Origin: a virus
Virus record (IMG/VR): IMGVR_UViG_3300027759_000002
Span: 64,001 to 128,000 of that record
Reading direction: 5' to 3' (one strand)
Length of the DNA: 64,000 nt
The position numbers and the translations under genes are program-made. This document shows positions 20,554-29,890 of this stretch, in pieces (positions within the stretch are counted from its first letter, which is position 1; the number at the start of each line of letters is the position of its first letter). The notes under the pieces were generated by a model. The model had not been told where the DNA came from. It searched no databases and worked only from the letters and a program-made list of their open reading frames with translations.

Positions 20554-20922
20554 ATGGCACAACCCAAGATAAAAATTGCATGTGTTGCAAATCTCTATAC
20601 TAGAGAAATGAAATTTGAAAAGGTAGGCGACACTGAATTGGGTCACAAACATCCTTTCAATCACATTACATTTTTATCTTCAGGTAAATTAAAAGTAGAA
20701 ACTGAACTTGGTATATCCGAATTTACTGCACCACAAATGATTTTTATTCATAAAGATTATATGCATGAATTAACTGCGTTAGAAGATAATACCATGGCCT
20801 ATTGCATACACGCACTAAGAAACGGTGATGGTGTGGATGATATCATTGACGAAGATATGATTCCAAAAGGCATAAATGTTCCAGAAATTTTTGATATTGC
20901 CAAACTGGTTGTTACGGGATAA
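20554..20922 (+). CDS. Cupin-fold protein
   Basis: GHKHPFNHITFLSSGKLKV...FTAPQMIFI...HELTALEDNT. Confidence 0.7.
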   Translation: MAQPKIKIACVANLYTREMKFEKVGDTELGHKHPFNHITFLSSGKLKVETELGISEFTAPQMIFIHKDYMHELTALEDNTMAYCIHALRNGDGVDDIIDEDMIPKGINVPEIFDIAKLVVTG

Positions 20923-20924
20923 TC

Positions 20925-23219
20925 ATGGCAAATCAATTAGCCTCATATAATTTTCCAGACACATATTCTACCCTAGTCAGCGACTTCGTTGGCACGGTAA
21001 AATATGTTGCTAGCACAGGAAGTAATTCAAATGATGGAAGTTCAGTATCAACTCCATATTTGACTATTGATTATGCATACAGTCAGACAAGTGCTACCGC
21101 AAACGTGATGTTTGTTGTGCTGCAAGGCACATATACAATGACGGCTTTATCTGTATCAGGTAGCAATTCAGGTGTATTACGAGATGGTGGAAATAAAAGA
21201 GTTTTTGTTTGTTGTCCAGGTAGAACAATCATTCAATGGACTGCCAGTACGGCTGACCGTGATTGCTCGATGGCACAATTTACTAATGCCGGTAGTGCGG
21301 TTTATGGTGCCATTCTAAAAAGAAATAATAACGGCAGAACAACAAGTTACACAGTAGCATATTTCAGAAGTTATGATGGTGCATTAAAAGGTAACTTCTA
21401 TAATTGTGTATTCTCAGAAACAAACGCAAATAATGCTTGGACTTACCAATACGACAACTATGGTGCGGCAAACTTTGCAATAAGAAACTGTACATTTTAT
21501 AACGGCGCCGCAGCCGGAGCTAGTTATAGCGGTGGCACCGGCGCTTTAACAATTGATTCTGTCTTTAATACCACATGTGCGACTGTTGGGACAGAAACCA
21601 GCGTTTTAAAATCACAAACAGTTAATGCAACTACGTATGTAACAACAGGTGTATCTACTGCTGGTGTATATTCCGGTACATATTCATGGAGTGCAACCAC
21701 AACATTTGACGCAGTTATAGTAACCGGAACAACAGGTTCACCAACTGTAATAAGGTCAGGATCATACACATACTATAAATTCGCAAATTCAGGTGGCATA
21801 ACTTTTGGTAATTCTGGCGCACCTATTGAGGTTCTAACAGTTGCTGGTGGCGGTGGTGGTGTTGGTGCTTATGGCGGTAATGCTGTCCCTTCAGGTGGTG
21901 GAGGTGCAGGTGGTGTAAATTATCATCCGTCATTTTCAATATCTGCGGCCACATATGCAATTACAGTTGGTGCAGGTGGTGCCAAAGTGGCCACAGCAGG
22001 TTCCGCAATAACTGGTGGAACAGGTAGTGATTCTATCTTTGGTGCTAATACTATTATTGCAAAAGGTGGCGGAGGTGGTGGTTGGTACACAACAGGTGGC
22101 ACGGGTGGTTCTGGCGGTGGCGGTGGTTACAATGGTGCTGCTGGTGGTAGCACTAATCAATCCAGTTCCGGTGTAAACCCAGCAGGCAGTATATATTATG
22201 GAACTGCTGGTGGCACAGGTGCTACCATCAGTACAGGTTCTGGTGGCGGTGGCGGTGCAGGTGGCGCAGGTATTGCGGCATCAGGTACATCAGGAAGTGC
22301 TGGCGGTGTTGGTGCAAGTAACAATTCAACATTATTGGCGGTAGTAAGTGCTGGTGAATTATCAGGCGGAGTAAGATACATTGCTGGCGGTGGTGGCGGT
22401 GGTGGTTCATATGCTAATGGTGGAACTGGTGGCGCTGGCGGCCTAGGTGGCGGTGGTATAGGTGGATACAATGGCGCTAACGCTGGTGCAGGTGTTGTTA
22501 ATACAGGTGGCGGTGGTGGTGGTTCACCAAACACATACTTGGGTGGTGATGGTGGTTCTGGTATTGTTATTCTTAAAGTTTATACTGGTATACCAACAGA
22601 CCCCGGATTATATTTGAGTGATTCATCTGGTAGTATCAACTCAGGCAATTCAATAACAGCTACACTAAGAACATCCGGTATTGCAAATAGTGTAACAGTT
22701 CCTTACACCATTAGTGGTGTAACGTCTGCACAAATTAATGGTGGTTCATTGACTGGTAATTTTACAATAACCAGTAATACCGGCACACTAACAATAAACA
22801 CCAATCCAAATATTGTTTCGGCCAATTTGGTTATTTCTGCAAATGGATATACAACAAATACCTTAATATCATACGCTGTATCAATAATTACAGAAACTAT
22901 ATTGATTGGGACTACATCAAATACGGCCAACTATACTAATCCAATTGCAGGACAAATGAATGTGATTCAAAGTCTTGTTACTTCAAACATAGTTTCTGAT
23001 GCAAATATATACACAGTTTCTGGCCAGATGAATATCAATCAAAGTGTAGTCACCTCAAATATAGTTTCTGATGCAAATCTGTTATTGGTAGCTACCAATG
23101 GTATGCAAAACGCCGCAAGCAAATCATATACGACAATGACAAACAGTTTTAATGGCAGAATAGACTCTGATATTATCAAAGTCTTCGGAGAAATCGCACA
23201 AAGAGAATATTGGATGTAA
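20925..23219 (+). CDS. Large fibre/spike protein, paralog of 11149-14727
   Basis: Same beta-helix-like N-terminal ~270 aa (KRNNNGRTTSYTV, QTVNATTYVTTGV), Gly-rich domain, duplicated GQMNxxQSxVTSNIVSDAN. Confidence 0.7.
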   Translation: MANQLASYNFPDTYSTLVSDFVGTVKYVASTGSNSNDGSSVSTPYLTIDYAYSQTSATANVMFVVLQGTYTMTALSVSGSNSGVLRDGGNKRVFVCCPGRTIIQWTASTADRDCSMAQFTNAGSAVYGAILKRNNNGRTTSYTVAYFRSYDGALKGNFYNCVFSETNANNAWTYQYDNYGAANFAIRNCTFYNGAAAGASYSGGTGALTIDSVFNTTCATVGTETSVLKSQTVNATTYVTTGVSTAGVYSGTYSWSATTTFDAVIVTGTTGSPTVIRSGSYTYYKFANSGGITFGNSGAPIEVLTVAGGGGGVGAYGGNAVPSGGGGAGGVNYHPSFSISAATYAITVGAGGAKVATAGSAITGGTGSDSIFGANTIIAKGGGGGGWYTTGGTGGSGGGGGYNGAAGGSTNQSSSGVNPAGSIYYGTAGGTGATISTGSGGGGGAGGAGIAASGTSGSAGGVGASNNSTLLAVVSAGELSGGVRYIAGGGGGGGSYANGGTGGAGGLGGGGIGGYNGANAGAGVVNTGGGGGGSPNTYLGGDGGSGIVILKVYTGIPTDPGLYLSDSSGSINSGNSITATLRTSGIANSVTVPYTISGVTSAQINGGSLTGNFTITSNTGTLTINTNPNIVSANLVISANGYTTNTLISYAVSIITETILIGTTSNTANYTNPIAGQMNVIQSLVTSNIVSDANIYTVSGQMNINQSVVTSNIVSDANLLLVATNGMQNAASKSYTTMTNSFNGRIDSDIIKVFGEIAQREYWM

Positions 23220-23238
23220 TTTGGGTGGAAACCTGAAG

Positions 23239-23246
23239 CATAAATA
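23239..23246 (+). promoter_or_regulatory. T4-type late promoter-like motif CATAAATA
   Basis: One mismatch to TATAAATA, just upstream of gp13; the same variant occurs at 2774 and 29835. Confidence 0.55.
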
Positions 23247-23264
23247 TCCTTATAGGGGGATATA

Positions 23265-24041
23265 ATGGCAAAAACTATCACAACAAGAACGGCATTCAAA
23301 GATTATTGCCTGCGTAGACTAGGGTTTCCAGTAATCGAAATCAACGTTGATGACGACCAGGTAGAAGACCGTATTGATGATGCACTTCAATATTGGCAAG
23401 ACTATCATTTTGATGGTCTGCAAAAAGTCTATTACATAAAAAAAATAGACCAAACAGATATCAACAATAGATACTTGAACATTTCTCAGGCCAAAGATTC
23501 ATCAAACAACGTACTACAAATTGCTGGTATCACCAGAATATTTCCCGTTTCTGATTCACAATCACAGGTCAATATGTTTGACTTGAGATACCAACTACGT
23601 CTGAATGAGTTGTATGACTTCACCTCTGCATCCTACATCAACTACACCATGACACTACAACATCTGCGTATGTTGGAACAACTGTTCTCTGGTGAAGTTC
23701 CTATTAGGTTCCAAAGACACATGCAAAGACTATACATTGACTGGGGTTGGGGCCACGGAGAAGCACCAGTTGGTACAACTGTTATTGCCGAATGTTATGC
23801 AGTGATTGATCCTGATGTGTACACACAGGCATGGAATGACCGTTGGTTAAAAGAATATGCAACAGCACTTATCAAACGTTCTTGGGGTAACAACCTTAAA
23901 AAGTTCGAAGGCATTCAATTGCCAGGTGGCGTCAAGTTAAATGGTGACAAAATCTATAGTGAAGCCAAAGAAGAAATTGATGCACTACACGCAGAAATTG
24001 GCGACAAGTACGGTGCACCACTAGAAATGTTCATGAACTAA
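23265..24041 (+). CDS. gp13: Neck protein gp13
   Basis: YCLRRLGFPVIEINVDDDQVEDRIDDALQ; WLKEYATALIKRSWG.NL.KF; synteny. Confidence 0.93.
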   Translation: MAKTITTRTAFKDYCLRRLGFPVIEINVDDDQVEDRIDDALQYWQDYHFDGLQKVYYIKKIDQTDINNRYLNISQAKDSSNNVLQIAGITRIFPVSDSQSQVNMFDLRYQLRLNELYDFTSASYINYTMTLQHLRMLEQLFSGEVPIRFQRHMQRLYIDWGWGHGEAPVGTTVIAECYAVIDPDVYTQAWNDRWLKEYATALIKRSWGNNLKKFEGIQLPGGVKLNGDKIYSEAKEEIDALHAEIGDKYGAPLEMFMN

Positions 24042-24042
24042 T

Positions 24043-24924
24043 ATGGCAACCTCGGTTTATTTCAATAACTATAACTCTCTTGCTGAGCAAAGGGTAGTTG
24101 AAGACTTGATTGTTGAGTCAATCAAGATTATGGGTTTTGATGCCTACTATTTACCTATTGAAAATGAAACCGATAGAGACATTTTATACGGTGAAGATCC
24201 AATTAAAAGATTCAGTGCGGCCTTTCCAATTGAATTCTACCTGTCAAGTTCTATGGAATATGGTGGTGAAAAAGAATTCTTTTCTAAATTTGGCCTTGAA
24301 ATTAAGAACACTGTCAACATCATATTATCAAAACGTTCTTTCTCTCAACGTGTACCGCAAGATATATTCACAAGACCAAGAGAAGGTGATTTGATTTATG
24401 TACCGTTCTTAAATGGTACTGGTGAGTTGTTTGAAATTAAATTTACAAACCAAACAAAAGACTTCTTCATGTTGGGACGTAAGATACCATTCTTCTATGA
24501 ATTGGAACTAGAGAAATTCAAGTACTCACAAGAAGTTATCGACACTGGTGTGGAAGACATTGATGATGTAATGATTCAATCAAGTTACACACTAGACTTG
24601 ACTACTGGTACTGGTACTGGAACATATGAAGCTAGAGAAGTTGTATTTCAGTCTACAGATAATACACAAGCAAATGCATGGGTTGTGGCTTTAGTACAAG
24701 AATGGATCAAACCAGATGACTCACTAAAGGTCACAAATATTGCAGGCGAATTCCGTGACAACGTTGCAATCATTGGTGCAACAAGTAATGCAAGATACTA
24801 TTTGGCATCTTATGATCCATTAAAAGATAGTACAAAAAATGAAAGTTATGACAATTCTTACTTCTTTGATACTGCCAATAATATTATTGACTTCACCGAA
24901 ACCAATCCGTTTGGAAAAATTTAA
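24043..24924 (+). CDS. gp14: Neck protein gp14
   Basis: EQRVVEDLIVESIKIMG, SKFGLEIK, RPREGDLIY; synteny. Confidence 0.92.
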   Translation: MATSVYFNNYNSLAEQRVVEDLIVESIKIMGFDAYYLPIENETDRDILYGEDPIKRFSAAFPIEFYLSSSMEYGGEKEFFSKFGLEIKNTVNIILSKRSFSQRVPQDIFTRPREGDLIYVPFLNGTGELFEIKFTNQTKDFFMLGRKIPFFYELELEKFKYSQEVIDTGVEDIDDVMIQSSYTLDLTTGTGTGTYEAREVVFQSTDNTQANAWVVALVQEWIKPDDSLKVTNIAGEFRDNVAIIGATSNARYYLASYDPLKDSTKNESYDNSYFFDTANNIIDFTETNPFGKI

Positions 24925-25940
24925 TGTCAACATATAATCGTGTCATAAGAAAACTGGTTGTAGGATTTGGTAATCTATTTGATAGCATTACTTTGTATAG
25001 ATTTAAACCAGACAATACCGAATCAGAAAGATTTATTGTTCCTATTGCGTATGCAAGTAAAGAACGTTATGTCATGCGCCTTGAGGAAGATTTAAACCTA
25101 GATAAAAAAGTTCAATTGACTTTACCACGTATGTCATTTGAGATGGCCGGATTATCATACGATTCAAGTAGAAAACAAAACACAAACATTAAAAACTTTT
25201 CGGGAACTCCACCCACAGGAATACTTTCGCAATACAATCCAGTACCATACAATTTTGATTTTAATCTTTACATCTATGTACGTAACATAGAAGATGGTAC
25301 ACAAATCATTGAACACATTTTACCATTCTTCACACCAGATTATACGATTAAATTAAACCTTATTCCTGAGATGGGAATTATCAAAGAAGTTCCTGTTATT
25401 TTAAACTCCACACAACATGAAATTACTTATGAGGGTGGTAGAGATAATGAAACTAGAATGATTGTTTGGACATTAAACTTTACAGTCAAAGGTTTTATAT
25501 TCGGTAAGGTTACAGAGACTAGTGTTATCAATCGTGCCTTTGTTTCTGTATACAACCTAGTGTCACAAGAAGAAGTAATTGAATTTTACATGAACTTAGA
25601 TTCCGGTTACGGAACATATAAAGTGGGTGAAAAAGTATATCAAGGTTACACCTCAGATGATGCAACAGCAACAGGCATGGTTGTTCAATTTACAGATAAT
25701 GTATTGAGACTAAAAGAACTAACAGGAAACTTCGTGTCAGACAAACCTATATACGGAATTAACACATTGGCAAATTATAACTTTACATCATACAACTTGA
25801 ACCCATTGAAATTCGTTGAAGTCGATTCGATTGGTAGAGTTAGTACAGATATTGACTATATGTCAGTTGATAAAGAAGACGCTAAGGCTGATAACACATT
25901 GGCTGAAGTTACTACAATCAATAAAGCTGCAAATCAGTAA
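24924..25940 (+). CDS. gp15: Tail sheath stabiliser/terminator gp15 with C-terminal extension
   Basis: IRKLVVGFGNLF, VPIAYASKE, LPRMSFE, PVPYNFDFNL, QIIEHILPFFTP. Confidence 0.92.
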   Translation: MSTYNRVIRKLVVGFGNLFDSITLYRFKPDNTESERFIVPIAYASKERYVMRLEEDLNLDKKVQLTLPRMSFEMAGLSYDSSRKQNTNIKNFSGTPPTGILSQYNPVPYNFDFNLYIYVRNIEDGTQIIEHILPFFTPDYTIKLNLIPEMGIIKEVPVILNSTQHEITYEGGRDNETRMIVWTLNFTVKGFIFGKVTETSVINRAFVSVYNLVSQEEVIEFYMNLDSGYGTYKVGEKVYQGYTSDDATATGMVVQFTDNVLRLKELTGNFVSDKPIYGINTLANYNFTSYNLNPLKFVEVDSIGRVSTDIDYMSVDKEDAKADNTLAEVTTINKAANQ

Positions 25941-25958
25941 ACAAAACGAGAGAAATAA

Positions 25959-27701
25959 ATGGCTAAACAAACTATCAATATTGGTATTAGAGCAAATGAT
26001 GGCAAAGGCGATTCATTAAGAACGGCTTTTACTAAAACAAATAACAACTTTACTGAGTTGTATACTACAGTTGCTTTGCGTTCCAATACATCAAATACGT
26101 ATTATGAAACCAACCAAGAGTTGGCACAAAATGCTTTCAACAAAGCAAACACTGCTTCGTTGGGTGATATTTTATTTGATAAAACCACAATGTATAGTAA
26201 TACAAAGGTTGAAATTGCTACAGACCCAAATGAACGTAGAGCTTGGGGTATGTTGTTTGGCCAAATAGATACACAAGCCAACAATGCATATGGCCACAGT
26301 GTTGCATTTGATTCTGCAAATAATATTGTAGTATCAATGACAACACAGAATGAAGTTACTGGTTTACCACAGGCAACAGTTATTAAATTTGATCCATATG
26401 GTTCAATATATTGGAGAAAATCTGTTCCTGCGGCCAACGTGAGTGGAACACTAGTAGCAAGTTATGGTGACTCTGTAACAGTTGACGGAAATAACAACAT
26501 ATACCTATTGACAAACATTCCTTCCGACAGGTCAACCCGTGTTACAAAATTCAATTATCTTGGACAAAATGTTTGGAACACTTTAGTTACGGATTCAATT
26601 GGTTCTAAAGATATATGTGTTGATGATGAAGATTTTCCTTATTATACTGGTGAACACAACTTAATTACAGGCCTCGATATTACAGGCGAATTGTATTTTA
26701 CATTTTACAATGCAGGCACTGCGGCAAACGCATCAGTTATTATTGCTTTACCTAATCGTGGTGGTTTGTTAGTTGGCTCAGCAAACGGCCAAGTCCATAA
26801 GTTTGATACAGAAGGTGTTTACATTAGAACAAGTAATGTTAACAAATATGGAAACACAATCATTGGGCTAAGTTACGATTCTTCAAACAATTGGTATGCT
26901 GCAACGAATACAAACATCTATATGTTTAGAGCAAACAACCAATTGGTTTGGGAAAAAGAAATAACTGGTGTAACATCACCAAAAATTAATTGGATTAAGT
27001 ATAGTAATAATTATCTATATGTAAACGGAACAACCACAGACCCTAACAGTAAAACTGGATTCATTAATTACAAGGTGCTTGCATCTAATGGTTATCTTGC
27101 TTGGGCAAATTCACTTCAGGTTCCAGGTGCAGGTCAAAGTATTAGACTTGGTCATAGACAGATGGATGTGAAAGGTGATTTTCTTGTTGGTACTGGATAT
27201 GCGTATCCAAATGGCAGTACAAAAGCAATTGCAATTACCTATGAATTACCAATAGACGGAACTTTACCTGGTCTGTATGCATATTCAAGTTCAACCAAAT
27301 GGGGCGACTTTACATATGTGAAAGTACCATCTGCAGCAACCACAACAAGTACAACAGTTGGTAGTGGAAACACAACAGTAACGCTTGCTATCAATACAAC
27401 ATATTCATATACAATGAATGCTGTTACTTATCAAAATCCTAGTCCAGAAAATGAACAAACAGTTGATTATTTTAATGAACAATGGGAATTTACAAGCAAC
27501 GGAACAATTGTTATACCTTCTTCAGGTTCAAGCAATGTAGCTTTGGATCTAAGTGGAAAATCTTTTGCGAATGTTGCAAGTATTCAATTCGCAAACAATA
27601 CAATTCAAGTTGGTGCTTCTGTACCTTTGGCTAATCTAAAGGTACTGGTTGCAGCATCATCTGACTTCAATGACTTTAAGAGTAGAATCGCAGCATTATA
27701 A
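25959..27701 (+). CDS. Virion protein with gp9/gp10-like N-terminus and probable beta-propeller
   Basis: KQTINIGIRANDGKGDSLRTAFTKTNNNFTELY; repeated DSxNNxY/W blades. Confidence 0.65.
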   Translation: MAKQTINIGIRANDGKGDSLRTAFTKTNNNFTELYTTVALRSNTSNTYYETNQELAQNAFNKANTASLGDILFDKTTMYSNTKVEIATDPNERRAWGMLFGQIDTQANNAYGHSVAFDSANNIVVSMTTQNEVTGLPQATVIKFDPYGSIYWRKSVPAANVSGTLVASYGDSVTVDGNNNIYLLTNIPSDRSTRVTKFNYLGQNVWNTLVTDSIGSKDICVDDEDFPYYTGEHNLITGLDITGELYFTFYNAGTAANASVIIALPNRGGLLVGSANGQVHKFDTEGVYIRTSNVNKYGNTIIGLSYDSSNNWYAATNTNIYMFRANNQLVWEKEITGVTSPKINWIKYSNNYLYVNGTTTDPNSKTGFINYKVLASNGYLAWANSLQVPGAGQSIRLGHRQMDVKGDFLVGTGYAYPNGSTKAIAITYELPIDGTLPGLYAYSSSTKWGDFTYVKVPSAATTTSTTVGSGNTTVTLAINTTYSYTMNAVTYQNPSPENEQTVDYFNEQWEFTSNGTIVIPSSGSSNVALDLSGKSFANVASIQFANNTIQVGASVPLANLKVLVAASSDFNDFKSRIAAL

Positions 27702-27715
27702 ACTAAGTTAAAAAT

Positions 27716-28129
27716 ATGAATACATTTGACAAAAACATGGAAAAATTATTTGATGTAACACCGGTAGAACAAGAAGTAAAACCTCTGTTACCGGTAGTTA
27801 CTAAGACTGAAGAAGGTCCAGATTTAAAAACAGATTTACAAGATGCCTATGAACAAACAAAGGACAATCTACAAGAGTTGATTGATAATGGCAAAGATGC
27901 AATGGAAGAACTACGAAACATTGCATCTGCGGGACAACATCCACGGGCATTTGAGGTCTATGCAACACTACTAAAGAATGTTGTTGATGCGAACAAAGAA
28001 CTTCTGGCGGTACAAAAACAAATGCGTACAATGGATGGTAAACAAAAAGAAGGTGATACCAAAATTGATAAAGCCATTTTCGTTGGTTCAACCGCTGAAT
28101 TAAATAAACTTTTAAAAAGTAAAGAATGA
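27716..28129 (+). CDS. gp16: Terminase small subunit gp16
   Basis: HPRAFEVYATL, IFVGSTAELNKLLK; precedes gp17. Confidence 0.9.
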   Translation: MNTFDKNMEKLFDVTPVEQEVKPLLPVVTKTEEGPDLKTDLQDAYEQTKDNLQELIDNGKDAMEELRNIASAGQHPRAFEVYATLLKNVVDANKELLAVQKQMRTMDGKQKEGDTKIDKAIFVGSTAELNKLLKSKE

Positions 28130-29823
28130 TTGATAATGTCGATTTAAAATTTGGTGAAGCATACCGAGATAATCCATTACTTAAAAAGGCCGGTGTTAAG
28201 GTAGAGTATACACAGGAACAAGTTGATGAATATATAAAATGTGCTAAAGACCCTGTTTATTTTTCAAAAAATTATATCAAGATTGTTAACGTTGATGAAG
28301 GTCTAATCAACTTTAAGATGTGGCCATTCCAAGAAAAGATGTTAAAACTTTTCAAAGACAACCGGTTCGTTATCACTAAATGTCCTCGACAGGTTGGTAA
28401 AACTACAACCACGGTAGCGTATATGTTATGGGCAACCATATTTACCGACCAACAAAACTGTGCAGTTCTAGCAAACAAGGGTGCTTTGGCTCGTGATATT
28501 TTGTCCAAATACCAACTTGCATATGAAAATTTACCAATGTGGTTACAACAAGGTATCGTTACATGGAACAAAGGTAACGTAGAACTTGAAAATGGTTCCA
28601 AAATTGTTGCTGCATCCACTTCATCATCTGCAATTCGTGGAGGTTCTTTTAACATTGTATTCTTGGATGAATTTGCTTTCGTACCAAACAATATTGCGGA
28701 AGAATTCTTCAACTCTGTTTACCCTGTAATTTCATCAGGTAAAAAGACAAAGATTATTATTGTGTCTACACCTAATGGTATGAATCTATTTTACAAGTTA
28801 TGGATGGACTCAATCAATAAGAAGAATAATTATATTAATTTTGAAATACATTGGTCACAAGTACCTGGTCGAGATGAAAAATGGAAAGAAGAAACAATTC
28901 GCAACACTTCTCAACGACAATTCTCACAAGAGTTTGAGACTGAGTTTTTAGGTTCCTCAAACACTTTGGTTTCTGGTTACAAACTGCAACAGTTGGTATA
29001 TACCGACCCAATTGCGAATCACGACTTGTTAAAAATATATGAACATCCGGTTAAAGAAGGTGTAAATGAATCTAAATCCGACCACCTATATGCAATCACG
29101 GTTGATGTTTCAGAAGGTAGAAATCTTGATAGTTCGGCCTTCTCTGTAATTGATATCTCACAGACACCATATAAACAAGTGGCAACCTATAAGAGTTCAT
29201 CAATTACACCTATATTATTTCCAACAGTCATCTATAATGCAGCGAGATATTATAACGATGCTTATGTTTTGGTGGAAATTAATAACAATCCTCAGGTAGC
29301 AGACTCATTACATTCAGATTTTGAGTATGAGAATCTTTGGAAGATATTTACAGGCAATAAGAAACCGCAACAATTGTCGGCTGGATTTGCCCGTGGTGTT
29401 CAAATGGGATTAAAAATGTCTCCTCAGGTCAAGGCAATTGGTTGTTCAAACCTTAAGACTTTGATTGAAGGTGACAAATTGTTGATTCAAGATTTTGATA
29501 CATACTCCGAGTTGACCACTTTTATTCAGCAAAAGAATTCCTTTAGTGCAGAAGATGGTGCAAATGACGATATGGTCATGTCTCTGGTCATGTTTTCTTG
29601 GGTAACAACCCAACAGTATTTTAAAGAGATTGTTAACCACGACATACGTAAACAGATTCAGTTAGAAAATATGAATCAAATGGATGATGACGTTTTGCCA
29701 GCTCCAATCATCGAAGATGGTTTGGAACATGATTTTGAGATTATGGGTGGTGACATGTGGGAAGTTGCAGACGGTGGAGAAACGTATGCAAAGTTTATGA
29801 GAAACAGATTGGAAAGGTTATAA
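28126..29823 (+). CDS. gp17: Terminase large subunit gp17
   Basis: PRQVGKTT Walker A, IVFLDEFAF Walker B, STPNGMN, DVSEGRNLDSS, NDDMVMSL. Confidence 0.97.
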   Translation: MIDNVDLKFGEAYRDNPLLKKAGVKVEYTQEQVDEYIKCAKDPVYFSKNYIKIVNVDEGLINFKMWPFQEKMLKLFKDNRFVITKCPRQVGKTTTTVAYMLWATIFTDQQNCAVLANKGALARDILSKYQLAYENLPMWLQQGIVTWNKGNVELENGSKIVAASTSSSAIRGGSFNIVFLDEFAFVPNNIAEEFFNSVYPVISSGKKTKIIIVSTPNGMNLFYKLWMDSINKKNNYINFEIHWSQVPGRDEKWKEETIRNTSQRQFSQEFETEFLGSSNTLVSGYKLQQLVYTDPIANHDLLKIYEHPVKEGVNESKSDHLYAITVDVSEGRNLDSSAFSVIDISQTPYKQVATYKSSSITPILFPTVIYNAARYYNDAYVLVEINNNPQVADSLHSDFEYENLWKIFTGNKKPQQLSAGFARGVQMGLKMSPQVKAIGCSNLKTLIEGDKLLIQDFDTYSELTTFIQQKNSFSAEDGANDDMVMSLVMFSWVTTQQYFKEIVNHDIRKQIQLENMNQMDDDVLPAPIIEDGLEHDFEIMGGDMWEVADGGETYAKFMRNRLERL

Positions 29824-29834
29824 AACCAGCCTTT

Positions 29835-29842
29835 CATAAATA
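29835..29842 (+). promoter_or_regulatory. Late promoter-like motif CATAAATA upstream of gp18
   Basis: Position upstream of the sheath gene, as in T4-like phages. Confidence 0.55.
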
Positions 29843-29890
29843 CTCTTATGGTATTTTGCCAAAAGAACATAATAATTCAAGGAGAATAAA

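Noticed and set aside
310-22534. Many Pro-rich or Val/Leu-rich minus-strand and alternate-frame ORFs (e.g. 310-594, 934-1158, 22196-22534)
   Set aside because: Shadows of GGT/GGC glycine-rich and ANAAF-repeat coding on the + strand; no RBS or independent features
1-23219. Diversity-generating retroelement suggested by the Mtd-like domain
   Set aside because: No reverse transcriptase and no adenine-specific TR/VR repeat pair seen in this window
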